From assembly GCA_000004985.1 (NCBI GenBank), contig GG738901.1: 64,000 nucleotides of DNA. The stretch is one strand, 5' to 3'. Positions 1-10,514 of the stretch are shown here, one piece after another. How positions within the stretch are numbered: the stretch's first letter is position 1; each line of letters starts with the position of its first letter. The notes beneath the pieces are model-generated. The model did not search any database. It was not told the origin of the DNA and worked only from the letters and a program-made list of their open reading frames with translations. This DNA is from Naegleria gruberi. Lineage: Eukaryota. The position numbers and the translations under genes were made by a program.

Positions 1-180
1 AGAAATAGTGGTGCTACTGGAGGAAATGGATCATATTTTGAGAGTTCTTCTAATGACAGAAATTATGGAAATCATTATTCAAATTATGAAAATCAAACCT
101 ATCACTCATACTCTCACCACGATGATGATGATGATACACGAGATCATACAGTTTATGGAATTTCTACAACTTCCAGGTAA
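1..180 (+). CDS. 3' terminal part of a gene entering from upstream; N/S/Y/G/D-rich low-complexity tail (…RNSGATGGNGSYFESSSNDRNYGNHYSNYENQTYHSYSHHDDDDDTRDHTVYGISTTSR*)
   Basis: Frame 1 is open from position 1 to the TAA at 178-180. The composition matches the low-complexity tails of other proteins in this window. The track ORF 8..199 is a different frame starting at GTG and is probably spurious. Confidence 0.3.
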   Translation, partial: RNSGATGGNGSYFESSSNDRNYGNHYSNYENQTYHSYSHHDDDDDTRDHTVYGISTTSR

Positions 181-261
181 AGATTTTCATTTAGCATGAT
201 TATTCTTCTCAATTGTCAATAAATCCACTTTGTAAATTCAAGAAAAAAATTTAAAAGTTTA

Positions 262-440
262 TTAATCGTATGAACCCGACGGGTTCGTCTTGATGATATT
301 ACGAATATTAAATAATAAATTCTTTCTTGTTGGGATTGCTTTGTTCATTTCTTGTAACTCTGTGGACACAAATACTTGGCTTGAACACCCTATGCTGGAA
401 CCCCGGGTAGTATAGGGTACGGTGACCCGACGTAAGTATT
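262..440 (-). ncRNA. Candidate U1-like spliceosomal snRNA (minus strand)
   Basis: A GC-richer island lies in AT-rich intergenic DNA. The minus strand begins AAUACUUACGUCGGG. ACUUAC is the exact complement of the GUAAGU 5' splice sites used throughout this window, and human U1 begins AUACUUACCUGG. Several hairpins follow (GGGT-CACCG-TACCC; CACTGT..ACAGTG). A U-rich single-stranded stretch GAAUUUAUUAUUU could be an Sm site, followed by a 3' terminal stem TCGTA...[GAACCC-GTC-GGGTTC]...TACGA. The small overlapping minus ORFs here (262-593) have no coding signal. Confidence 0.3.
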
Positions 441-914
441 GCGGCAACACACTGTGGTCTCAGGGTCAACAGTGTAGTTACTGAGTGGTATGACATTTTT
501 TTTGAGACGAAATTCAAGAAAAAAATGTAATTTAGTGAATTGTATTATTATTGAGCTTTTTCTTAATGACAGAATTTCCAAAATAAAGATCATTGCATTT
601 TCCTACCATTAAGGTTAAGTTTATTTGAATCTCCGGCCACTGGTTATATAGATTTGTGGGTGATGATCTATTCTATTGCGTTGAATAAAGTCAATGACCT
701 AAAAGGCAGCATTTCTGAGCAACATACCTCATCCTTTGGATGAAGAATATGTTGAGTGAGCTTCTACCCATTGGTTTATCAACGATTGTTTTATTGTTTC
801 TTTTGGAGAAATATGCGTTTTGAAATCTCTTTGTCATTTCAATTTTGGATTTGATTTTGCAAATTTTTTGATGATCAGTCTTTCGTAAGAGGTGAACTGA
901 CTGTTCAAGAAAAA

Positions 915-2633
915 ATGTCAGCAACACTAACAAACCTCTCACACGATGATCTGTTTAATATTCTCGATTTTATTTATCCCTTCTTTTCAGAATATGTCAA
1001 GGCAGTAGGAGGAAAACAATTCGAAGCTCAACATAAACGAGAATATTTAGCCAAGATAATTTTCGGAATTATGAAAGGAAATAATGAGAGGAAGGATTGG
1101 ATTTTGGATTTTCGTGGTAAACACTCTAAAATTATGGGAATTAAACTTGTTTCCAATTTGAATTATAATGAATACTTTTACAAATCGCTCGACGATTCGA
1201 ATGTTTATGTTCCTGCTTTATATTTGAGAAAGTTTTATGAGGATTTAGTTAAGGAAGTGAAGAATTGGTTACTCATTGCAAAGAATGGTCTTTTCTATGA
1301 AATTTTAATGCAAAGTCACATTCCAATAGTTCAACTTTTTTGGGAAAGTTTATTTCACATTATTTAGAGATACTCCTATTATTATGGGAAGTATGAAGTT
1401 TAAACAATATTACAATTTGGAATTGCCAATGATTCAGGATTATATTTTGGATAATATTATTGTGCATGTGATGAAGGCAGTGGAGGAACCAGTTTGGTTA
1501 TTCGAAACTTTTGTTTTCAATGAAATTTCATCTAAAGATGCCCATAGTTTGGGATTCAAAAGTTATCTACGACATTACCAGTTAGAAGAAGGTGAAAAAC
1601 ACGAATTGTATCAGGATGTTTTGGTGGAAAAGAAAGATTGGACGAGTTTGGCAACTGACAATCATTGGGAAGGTTTCTTGATGTTTCTTTCGGATTGTTT
1701 TAACAGATATCCAACTATTTTAAGTGATTCCAAATATGTAGACTTTATCAATTCTCAATTTGAAAAAGATCTAGGAAGGATTTCAAAATTTACTACTGAG
1801 CTTGCCAAATTCCTTTACCTTGACAGAAATATTCCGATTAATCCTATAATTTCAAACAAGTTGTTTACTCTGTTATCATTCACACCAGTTTTTAAACAAA
1901 TTCTAGAAAAGAAACTGAATGAATTAAGGATAACGACAAGGAAAGAAACTCGTTTCTTGCAAATCTCTTTTTAAGAGATTCACTACTTTCTTCCTCTATT
2001 TTAAATTTACAATTCGAAATAATTGACATGCATTTAGATTATATGGACGAATGTTTGGATAGTAAGGTGATTGATTCACACTTCTCAAAGTGCCCTGTAG
2101 TGACTTATTTCATAGAGGGTGCCCTAATGATGGAAGATTTAAGCGATCCATTGAAAAGTTCCATGATTGTTATTGAGTACATTGAGAAATTTAGGAAATT
2201 ATTCGAAAGGTTCAATAGAAAAAATTTTGGTTATTCAATTTATAGAAATATCATAACATTGTTTTCAAATTTCACCCGCAGTGGTCTTACAGAAGATTCA
2301 TATGAATGGCAGTAACGTTTTATAATCTTTACTGAACTATTCCAAAACCTGGTTTCAAATAAGATTGACGATTTACCCGAAACTGACCTATCTTTTATTT
2401 TCAGATATACCTCCAATGAAAAGATTATCACCTTCCTATTCGAACAACCACCACTATTCCATCAAATGTTAGCAAGATACATTCCAGATAGAATTAATGA
2501 AAATCTTTTGAAAATTATCGAGAAATATGTTGGCAATAACAATTCATATTATCAGAGGAATCAAATTGCAATATCCAATGATGAGAAAAATCTCAATGCT
2601 AAATCTACTACCACTTCTACTTTAAGATTATAA
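915..2633 (+). CDS. Hypothetical protein, about 570 aa, encoded in four collinear segments (915-1367, 1384-1974, 2028-2311, 2405-2633)
   Basis: Four same-strand ORFs abut each other. Segments 3 and 4 join cleanly through a 93-nt GTAACG...TTTCAG intron (2312-2404, phase 1; spliced junction ...SYEW-Q-YTSNEK...). Junctions 1/2 and 2/3 each need a 1-nt frame change inside short windows that are open in both frames (1330-1367 and 1923-1974). I could only find 20-22-nt GT..AG candidates there. The cause may be a micro-intron, an indel in the sequence, or a pseudogene. There is no recognisable domain. Confidence 0.4.
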
Positions 2634-3480
2634 GAAACACATTCTCTTCTTAAGAATGTTGTTATAGGGTTGACTGATTAATGTTGTAATTTATACATAA
2701 GTTTGTTGACCATTTCCATTAGTAGGAGGAGTATAATAAGAAGGTTGTGGAGTAACATAGGTTGGTGGTGGTTGATTGACCATCATTGGTTGACCGTATT
2801 GTGGTTGATAAGGTTGTTGAGTCATCATTGGTTGACCATATGGTTGTTGTGGTGGATATGGTTGACCATAAGGTTGTTGTTGAGGTGGATAATAAACACC
2901 AGGTCCTGGATTTTGAATAACAACTGTAGTGACAGGTGGCATTGTTGGTTGAGCAGTGACAAGAGTAGAAGGCATTGTTGCTACTCCAATGGCAGCTGCT
3001 GCTTGTTGTTCTTGAGCTCTTCTCATCATCATAAGTCTTCTCTTTCTGGAAGCAGCACTAACAATAATGATAATTGCAATAAATATTATGAAACCTGGAA
3101 TTCCAAATCCTAAACCATATCCTAAAGCATCATAATCTCCATAACTATTCGAAACACAAACATTGGAAGAACAAGTTTGGGAAGAAGAACAACATGCATA
3201 ACTAGAAGCAATACATGTTGAATAACCAGATTTTCTACAACAAGTTTGTCCAGATAAGCAATAAACATAATTAGTGGAACCTGTTACTGAGCAACAAATA
3301 CTATCTTGAACAGCTGACACTTGGCTTTCATTGAGAGATGAGAAAGAAAGTTCCCCCTTTAATGAATTATCACCATAAGTTGTCAAACGGGCAGAGATTT
3401 TGGCACCTGACACGAGGAGTAATAACACAACTAGTGAGCTGGCAATTTGGACCCATATTCTAATTTGCTCTTTGATTTGA
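2605..3480. repeat. Segmental duplication, copy 1 (about 97% identical to 6605-7480)
   Basis: Direct repeat seen by eye. The segment includes the last roughly 30 nt plus stop codon of gene 915-2633 (…ctttaagattataagaaac…cttaagaatgttgttat(a/c)gggttgactgattaatg…) and almost the whole membrane-protein gene. The copies diverge at about 3437/7440. Confidence 0.8.
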
Positions 3481-3899
3481 GTTCTTTTCAAAGTTGGAGC
3501 ACTCTTTTTGATGAAACTAATTACTTTTGGAAGAAGGTTGTTGTTGGTTGGATCTGGCTTTGAAGATGAAGGATGAAGTGCTTCGTTTTGATGAATATCG
3601 CACCTTGCTTGGTGGTGATGAATTACCTTCAACTTTACATTACAAAATTCATTGCATTGACATGAAATATAGTAGTAAAGTTGAGGAGTTCCTACTTCAC
3701 ACTTATTGAATTCCTTTCTTTCTGAGTAAATGTCTTTCAATTCATAAATCATATTGTCCTTCATAACTGCTCGGCATAAAGAAGCTTGCTCAGTCACTTC
3801 ATGAACAGAGTGCACCTTCCATGGACGTTGTAAGTGGTTACAAATTCTATCGAACACATCTTGGTGCTCAATATTTGAGAGTAGTGGAGTATAACTCAT
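2691..3899 (-). CDS. Cys-rich single-pass membrane protein with PPxY/PQY-rich cytoplasmic tail, copy 1 (402-aa ORF; the N-terminal 140 aa is unrelated to copy 2 and has no signal peptide)
   Basis: The C-terminal 260 aa match copy 2 almost exactly. This part has about 30 Cys in the ectodomain, a TM segment IPGFIIFIAIIIIVSAA, a stop-transfer SRKRRLMMMRR, and a tail with repeated PPQQQPYGQPYPPQQPYGQP and a PPPTY (PPxY) motif. Upstream of the duplication breakpoint the ORF continues into a different sequence (MSYTPLLSNIEHQDVFDRICNHLQRPWKVH…CQCNEFCNVKLKVIHHHQARCD…) where copy 2 has its signal peptide. This may be a chimeric or derived gene, or an undetected intron. Confidence 0.5.
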   Translation of the reverse strand: MSYTPLLSNIEHQDVFDRICNHLQRPWKVHSVHEVTEQASLCRAVMKDNMIYELKDIYSERKEFNKCEVGTPQLYYYISCQCNEFCNVKLKVIHHHQARCDIHQNEALHPSSSKPDPTNNNLLPKVISFIKKSAPTLKRTQIKEQIRIWVQIASSLVVLLLLVSGAKISARLTTYGDNSLKGELSFSSLNESQVSAVQDSICCSVTGSTNYVYCLSGQTCCRKSGYSTCIASSYACCSSSQTCSSNVCVSNSYGDYDALGYGLGFGIPGFIIFIAIIIIVSAASRKRRLMMMRRAQEQQAAAAIGVATMPSTLVTAQPTMPPVTTVVIQNPGPGVYYPPQQQPYGQPYPPQQPYGQPMMTQQPYQPQYGQPMMVNQPPPTYVTPQPSYYTPPTNGNGQQTYV

Positions 3900-4825
3900 T
3901 CTATTTTTTTTGCTTGTTGTTGATGAATTGTTCCTTATTGTTGTTTTGTGGTTCTATTGCAAGATATATGTGTTGGTGTGTTGTGTGGTGTTTGTTGTAT
4001 CGTTAAGAATTTTTTTGATTGGTTGAACAATTGGCGCCATGTTTAATTTCCGTGTTTTGCCTTTTAGGAACAATAAAATTTGCTGTTTAAGAACAAAAAA
4101 TTGCAAATTAAGATGGATTTCTAAATTGTTCACAAATATGTACTTTACTGTGCTGGATGTAATGGAAAATAATGCTACTCAAATTAAGATATTAGACTTC
4201 CTTAAAAGTCAAAAAGACTAAGACACAAATTACAGTTTCAAGCGAGGAGCAGGGGTAGAAATCTTACTTTTAATTTAGGGTTCATCAAAAAATTGCGAAA
4301 TAATTGGGGTAAACAACATTATTTATTTATTTATTTCTTCTTTCGTGCTCTACTAGAGTTTCTCTTTACTGCTTCTTCAAATTGTGAATTCTTTGGTCCA
4401 CGTTTTTGTTTCTATAGCGGTTCTTCTTGTTCCAATTCCTTCTCTTGTTAAGGCTATGGAATTATCGTTGCTGAGAAAGTCTTCTTCACTTTTTCTTTGT
4501 TATGATGGGGTGAAGTACAAAATAATTGTATCGTGCTGGTTGTTGTGGATTAATCTTCCTTTCTATTTACAAAAGTGTATAACCAATTACCATCTCTACT
4601 AAGGTAATATATCCTTTAGTAATTTCTTGATGGAAATAGCTCTTGGCATTCATGAAGCGAAGGTAAGGTGTTTTATTGTAGGTGCAGTGGAAACATTTGG
4701 GAGTGCCTGCTTTTGTTTTGGTAGAGGATTTGGTTCCTTGAGGTTTTTTTAAATATTTACAACAAAGAACACAGCAGAAGAGGTTTTCGAAAAGATAAGA
4801 ACAGATTCGTGACAACAACTTACAA

Positions 4826-4960
4826 CAGTTGGATGGAAAACGATGCATTCGGTCAACTCTGGGAGAAAGACTCACTGAATTATCTGAGATTATTGTGTGC
4901 CTCCTTTAGGTCTGATCCCCCAAGCTCTTTTCCATCTAATCGAGAGCGAACGGAACTTTT
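4826..4960. repeat. Dispersed non-coding repeat, copy A (about 120-130 nt, similar to 5588-5700)
   Basis: Shared blocks are TTGG(A/T)T(G/A)GAAAACGATGC, TTTGGGA(G/AC)AAA(G)ACTCA, and ATTATTGTGT(G/T)CCTCC(TT/AA)TAGGTCTGAT(CC/A)CC(C)CAAGCTCT. The ORFs covering the two copies are in different frames, so the conservation is at the nucleotide level and not the protein level. Confidence 0.5.
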
Positions 4961-5587
4961 GAAGTGCTGTAGTGGCCAACTTCTCATTGGTTCTCAATAC
5001 TATTAAGGATTTCCTTAAAAGTGAGAAAGGTTCCAAGAATGCTTAGTGTGGATCCATACACCGAATTGTTCAACAAATTCGAAGTTTATGGAGCTTTCCA
5101 ATGGTTCGTAGTGATTCACAATATTCCAAGATCCAATCCTCATACAATAGAATACTTTGCAACTTACCTTTCAGAAAGGGTATGTTTTAAACAATTTGAA
5201 GCCAGCTCTTCAATCTTTTGTAGACGTTGAAGGTTGGAAACTTAATGTTCCCAATGGTTTTGCTAGACTAAAGAAAGGACTTTCATAAGGGTTACTACAT
5301 TGTTGATAGAAAGAAACTAAAAAATAAATGGAGTTTCAGCTTATGATATTAAGAATTATATTGATTCCGTGGCTTCCCATAATGAATTCACAGAATGTGG
5401 CAGGAGAATTGCAAAAGTATTTTTCATTCCATCAGAGAAAAATTCAATTGCATACAAACTTTGCTAAGCCTTTTAAGCGATTGGAAATCATCACCAGAAT
5501 TGATAAGTATGGTAGAAAAAGAATGCGGAAACCACACCATCGACAGATTTGCAACATCAGAGTAGGCAACGACAATCCAATTCAACT

Positions 5588-5700
5588 CTTGGTTAGAAAA
5601 CGATGCGGTTCAAGAACTTTGGGAACAAAACTCAATCAATTATTGTGTTCCTCCAATAGGTCTGATACCACAAGCTCTATTTCACTTGATCCCATCAAAG
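5588..5700. repeat. Dispersed non-coding repeat, copy B (pairs with 4826-4960)
   Basis: See copy A. Same orientation, about 760 bp apart, inside a 2.7-kb gene-poor stretch (3900-6600) that has only short ORFs. Confidence 0.5.
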
Positions 5701-6604
5701 GATATAGCAACATTCGTAGTTCCTTTTTGGCTAACAGCTTACTGATCTTGCTAAAGATATCTTTTGAACAGAGAAGTGTTCCGCTCCAATGGCTTATAAC
5801 AGAGCATTACAACGAACTGCACAAACTATCAGGCAATCTTTAGTTCATGGCAGTCAAAGTGAATGGAATGCTCTCCTTTCAATGAGATTTCAGGCTTTAT
5901 CTACTGCTCTTGCAGAATCCACAGTCAAAAAGTATTCTTTAACTTATTCAGAATTTTCTTATTTCTGTCTACTCCATTATTTTAAAACATTCAGAAATTA
6001 GAGCCCCACCCTCTTGCAGTTCACAAAAAGCTCTACAGGTTGAATAATTTGAAACCTACGTTAGATTTCTATTCAAATTTGGAAGGATGGATCCGTAAAT
6101 TATTCCAATCAATTCTAGAATTCAAACAAGGTTTGAATAAGTTTTATTCACGAGCTGATATTGACACTTGATACTCCTTTTATCAGTTGGGTTTCTTTTG
6201 ATCTTTCTGGTCACAAAACAGACCAAAATTTGACAGATGAAGAAACTCCTATTGAGGAAATAAGAAATACTGTCCAGTTTATAACCTTAGAAGATACATG
6301 GATTATGCCAGATCGTGAGATGAAAATTTTAAGGATTTGGCAATTATTGAATAAAGACTTGATGTTATTTGAAAAGATTTCAAAGTTGGCTCAATCTTCA
6401 GCTAATTATCAAAAGATTGATGTTTGATTTCTTGTGTTGTTTCAAAATAAAGAACTTTAAAACACAAAAAAGTTGTTTTGAGACAGCTGGTAATTGGGTG
6501 CCTAATTCAAAAGTGAGATTGAGATATCAACGTAGAATTGGCCTTGCTACTCATGGTTTAACTACTTCTATTATGAGAACTGATTAATTGTATATATAAA
6601 TAGA

Positions 6605-7480
6605 AAAATGTCAATGCTGCTACTAGTTCAACTTTAAGATTATAAGAAACCGTTTCTCTTCTTAAGAATGTTGTTATCGGGTTGACTGATTAATGTTTAA
6701 TTTATACATAAGTTTGTTGACCATTTCCATTGGTAGGAGGAGTATAATAAGAAGGTTGTGGAGTAACATAGGTTGGTGGTGGTTGATTGGCCATCATTGG
6801 TTGACCGTATTGTGGTTGATAAGGTTGTTGAGTCATCATTGGTTGACCATATGGTTGTTGTGGTGGATATTGTTGACCATAAGGTTGTTGTTGAGGTGGA
6901 TAATAAACACCAGGTCCAGGATTTTGAATAACAACTGTAGTACCACCACTGACAGGTGGCATTGTTGGTTGAGCAGTGACAAGAGTAGAAGGCATTGTTG
7001 CTACTCCAACGGCAGCTGCTGCTTGTTGTTCTTGAGCTCTTCTCATCATCATAAGTCTTCTCTTTCTAGAAGCAGCACTAACAATAATGATAATTGCAAT
7101 AAATATTATGAAACCTGGAATTCCAAATCCTAAACCATATCCTAAAGCATCATAATCTCCATAACTATTCGAAACGCAAACATTGGAAGAACAAGTTTGT
7201 GAAGAGGAACAACATGCATAACTAGAAGCAATACATGTTGAATAACCAGATTTTCTACAACAAGTTTGTCCAGATAAGCAATAAACATAATTAGTGGAAC
7301 CTGTCACTGAGCAACAAATACTATCTTGAACAGCTGACACTTGGCTTTCATTGAGAGATGAGAAAGAAAGTTCCCCCTTTAATGAATTATCATCATAAGT
7401 TGTCAAACGGGCAGAGATTTTGGCACCTGACACGAGGAGTAATAACACAACTAGTGAGCTGGTAATTAGGACGAGAATTG
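6605..7480. repeat. Segmental duplication, copy 2 (pairs with 2605-3480)
   Basis: See copy 1. Confidence 0.8.
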
Positions 7481-7487
7481 ATTTCAT
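6702..7487 (-). CDS. Secreted Cys-rich single-pass membrane protein with PPxY/PQY-rich cytoplasmic tail, copy 2 (261 aa, apparently intact)
   Basis: ATG at 7487 in A-rich context. Signal peptide MKSILVLITSSLVVLLLLVSGAKISA. Cys-rich ectodomain, one TM, a basic stop-transfer, and a PQY-repeat tail containing PPPTY. The + strand ORFs 2703-3113 and 6693-7133 are W/L-rich antisense artefacts of the CAA/CCA-rich tail. Confidence 0.65.
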   Translation of the reverse strand: MKSILVLITSSLVVLLLLVSGAKISARLTTYDDNSLKGELSFSSLNESQVSAVQDSICCSVTGSTNYVYCLSGQTCCRKSGYSTCIASSYACCSSSQTCSSNVCVSNSYGDYDALGYGLGFGIPGFIIFIAIIIIVSAASRKRRLMMMRRAQEQQAAAAVGVATMPSTLVTAQPTMPPVSGGTTVVIQNPGPGVYYPPQQQPYGQQYPPQQPYGQPMMTQQPYQPQYGQPMMANQPPPTYVTPQPSYYTPPTNGNGQQTYV

Positions 7488-8323
7488 TTTTTTTAATGGG
7501 GAAAAGTAAGAAGGAATTTATTTTGTTGATATTTACAACATAATGTTGATGAACCTGAGAGCTGCCTTTCAACAACATTCGAATAGCACTATGGTGGAAT
7601 AGAGATAGGAAGGTGAGGTGTCAATGTCAGCAGTATCTTTTGTTTGGTACTTTTTTAGACCCCAAGATTCGTTTAGGCTACGATACTTGCCAAAAATTAT
7701 GTTGTATTACGTTTTCTCAAGCCTGTTTGTGTTTCACAAAAAATAATTAGCGATTAATTTGAAAACTATATTTGTATTGATGTGTTTTGAATTCGTCCAA
7801 AAAGTAGTGAGGTGTTGTGACATTAATTTCTACTTGTTGTTGCATAGAATTGTTTTTCAGTGTAGTTTTACACTCTAACTCTATCGATTCAATCAATTGA
7901 TTGATCTACATACAACAGTGAAAGATTTTGACAATTCCTTACGATTATCTCTAAAATAATTATTGAACCAAAAACTTGTTTTATTGTTCTGGTATTAAAA
8001 ATTGAACAAATGCTCAATACTATTGCTCAATTTCTTAGTCTTTTTTTGAATGTCTTGTGATATTCAGGGTGAGAGGATCTGTGACAGGGCTTTTTTATGA
8101 TGACCAAACACTGTTAAGTTGACAAGCAAACATCTTTAGTAAACTATTTTTAACAGATATTCAGTTCTCAAAACCATAACATTTAAACTTTTTCAATTTT
8201 TACGAATTCAATAAGGAAAACAAATTCGAATAGAATTTCAATTCGTTCTAAAAATCTTTGTCATTAAGTTCACTATTCACATGTCCAGCACCATGAACTT
8301 GATTCCAAAAATCATTAAAAAAA

Positions 8324-9808
8324 ATGCTTAAAATCAGTTCTACTACTGCCTTCACGACTCGCTCACCAACAATCAAACAACAATTGCAAAAACAAATCTT
8401 TTCCGATGATATTTGCTTTGAAATTTTATCATTTCTTGATTTTAAATTTATTCTAACGAATTGTTGTTTAATTTCTCATCAGTGGGAGAATGTCATCAAT
8501 GTACAATCTAATTTATCAGTCATTTTCAATAATCAAAAAGTGACGAATGAATTTATTGATAAATTAATGAAAAATAGTTATTTGAAACGTTTCGTTTCGT
8601 TGAAAACTAGAGAAAGAAGCTTTTTGCATGATCGAGAAAAAGTTTTGAAACTTGTTGGAATGATGCAGAATTTGAAATCACTCTCCATTGTTGGTAATGG
8701 ATTAGTGGATGAACATTTGAAAGAAATTAGTGAAATGAAAGGTTTAACTTTACTCGATGTGAGTGAGAATAAGTTTGGAAAGGAAGGTGCGGAAAAAATT
8801 AGTGGAATGGTTGGATTGACCACATTGAATATTAATGATAATTATATACTTGATGAAGGGGCTAAATTCATTGGAACGATGAAACAATTGACCTTGTTGA
8901 AAATGAAATATTGTGAAATTAGAGAAGAAGGTGCGAGAGCAATAAGTGAATTGAAAAATTTAACATTTCTCAATCTGCATGGTAATTTTATAGGTGATAA
9001 AGGAGCCAGCTATATAAGTGAAATGGTCAATCTGACACATCTCAATGTTGGTAGCACCCAATTGACAGCTGAAGGGGCAAGACATGTTAGTGGACTCAAA
9101 AATCTGAAATCTCTATTGATTCATACCAATCAAATTGGACATCAAGGAGCAAAGTGGATTAGTACAATGAAAGATCTGGAAGGGTTGACTTCACTTGATG
9201 TTAGTGGAAACTCCATTCTTGATCAAGGAGTACAATATTTGAGTGAAATGTCAAATCTGACACATTTAGATATTGGAAGTAATCATGTTGGAGTTAAAGG
9301 AATTGAATCAATTATTGGAATGAAAGGATTAATCTCGCTAAATGTCAGTAGTAATGATTTGGGATCATCAGGAGCAAAGTTAATCAGTGGAATGTCAAAT
9401 TTAACCTCACTAAACATTTCAGCCAATCGACTATTAGGTGAAGGAGCTAAATTTATTGGAGAAATGCATAACGTAACAATATTAGTTATCAGAAACAATG
9501 ATATTGGTGATGAAGGAGCCAAATTCATTTGTAAAATGAAACAATTGAAATCTCTCAATGCTGTGTATAATAGAATATCTTCGAAAGGATTTGAATCAAT
9601 AAGTGAAATGAAACAATTAACATCACTTGATATTGGTTACAACAGTATTGACTCAAAAGGAGCTAAATCTGTTCGCAAATTGAAAAATTTGACTTCTCTC
9701 AATGTCAGAAGTAATATGATAGATGATGAAGGATTGAAAGCTATTGGTCAACTCAAAATTCCTTATCTAACCACTGGATATCAACAAGCAAAACAATCCA
9801 ATAATTAA
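8324..9808 (+). CDS. F-box-like / leucine-rich repeat protein (ribonuclease-inhibitor / RanGAP-type LRRs)
   Basis: ATG in A-rich context. The N-terminus DDICFEILSFLDFKFILTNCCLISHQWENVI is F-box-like. It is followed by about 15 tandem repeats of roughly 24 aa with the pattern LxxLxxLDVSxNxIGxEGAxxIsxM. It is a paralogue of 61038-61916, which has the N-terminus DDICSEIILYLPHEFLLWSGVLISKQW. Confidence 0.7.
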   Translation: MLKISSTTAFTTRSPTIKQQLQKQIFSDDICFEILSFLDFKFILTNCCLISHQWENVINVQSNLSVIFNNQKVTNEFIDKLMKNSYLKRFVSLKTRERSFLHDREKVLKLVGMMQNLKSLSIVGNGLVDEHLKEISEMKGLTLLDVSENKFGKEGAEKISGMVGLTTLNINDNYILDEGAKFIGTMKQLTLLKMKYCEIREEGARAISELKNLTFLNLHGNFIGDKGASYISEMVNLTHLNVGSTQLTAEGARHVSGLKNLKSLLIHTNQIGHQGAKWISTMKDLEGLTSLDVSGNSILDQGVQYLSEMSNLTHLDIGSNHVGVKGIESIIGMKGLISLNVSSNDLGSSGAKLISGMSNLTSLNISANRLLGEGAKFIGEMHNVTILVIRNNDIGDEGAKFICKMKQLKSLNAVYNRISSKGFESISEMKQLTSLDIGYNSIDSKGAKSVRKLKNLTSLNVRSNMIDDEGLKAIGQLKIPYLTTGYQQAKQSNN

Positions 9809-9893
9809 CTAAAATGTATGAATGCGAATAAACTTGGGCTTTCACATGTTGTTGTTATCAATTAGAAACCAAGAAAAATGTTTAAAAATATTT

Positions 9894-9964
9894 CTCCCCC
9901 TGGTGGGTTGAATATCGACCTGCAGATTAACAGTCTGACGCTCTACCGACTGAGCTAAGGGGGA
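9894..9964 (-). tRNA. tRNA-Asn(GTT)-like with non-canonical T-arm (possible pseudogene)
   Basis: The minus strand reads TCCCCCT-TA-GCTCAGTCGGTAGAGC-G-TCAGA-CTGTTAA-TCTGC-AGGTC-GATATTCAACCCACC-AGGGGGA-G. The 7-bp acceptor stem, D-arm (A box) and anticodon loop CUGUUAA (GUU) are good. The T-arm region lacks the GGTTCGA box. The 3' half CCACC is present but its 5' partner is replaced by GATAT, and the loop is shortened. A T-run follows on the minus strand. Confidence 0.5.
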
Positions 9965-10514
9965 TACATTCAGCAATAAAAAATATTTATAATATTCGAT
10001 GGAAAAAACTGTTTCTTTCCATTTTTGGAATTAACAGCCAAAGAGGTAAATATAATCAATTCGGTTTATCAATTAATAAAACAAAAAATCTGATTTCCTT
10101 CATTGCATTGTAATCATTGCCCTTCTCAGACCAATCAAAATTTGTCCAACCCATGCACAAACTCCTTGAGTATTACAACTTTCGAATAATATGACTGAAT
10201 TTCTTAGCTCATTCCCAAAATCTCATTCACCTCTTATTCATCAAAAACACATCCACAATCCATACAATAACCAAAACTCACTCATCAATATCTTCAAGTT
10301 CATTCCTTTAATCTTCTATCTGTCTTCCATTATCTAAAACCAATTACACCTTCTAATTTTCATCATCTATGTAACCCAACAAGAAGTAAACTAATCACCT
10401 TGGGTAATCAAATTGCTGGGGGAACCTGTCAAATTCTGAGTCAACTAAACTTCATTTGAACCTTTTAGAGGTTGCAGTAAATCGGTTTTTCATTGCAATT
10501 CGAAACAAAAAAAA

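Noticed and set aside
262-593. Three overlapping minus-strand ORFs (262-450, 308-517, 390-593) and a B-box-like GGTTCGTCT at about 285 that might suggest a tRNA
   Set aside because: The overlapping frames have no coherent coding pattern. There is no A box or cloverleaf around the B-box-like string. The hairpins are better explained as the 3' terminal stem of the candidate snRNA.
2703-7133. Plus-strand ORFs 2703-3113 and 6693-7133 (W/L/R-rich proteins such as …WLIRLLSHHWLTIWLLWW…)
   Set aside because: They are antisense to the PQ/Y-rich tails of the minus-strand membrane-protein genes, whose CAA/CCA/TAT-rich repeats are stop-free on the opposite strand. Their composition is a mirror artefact, so they are not independent genes.
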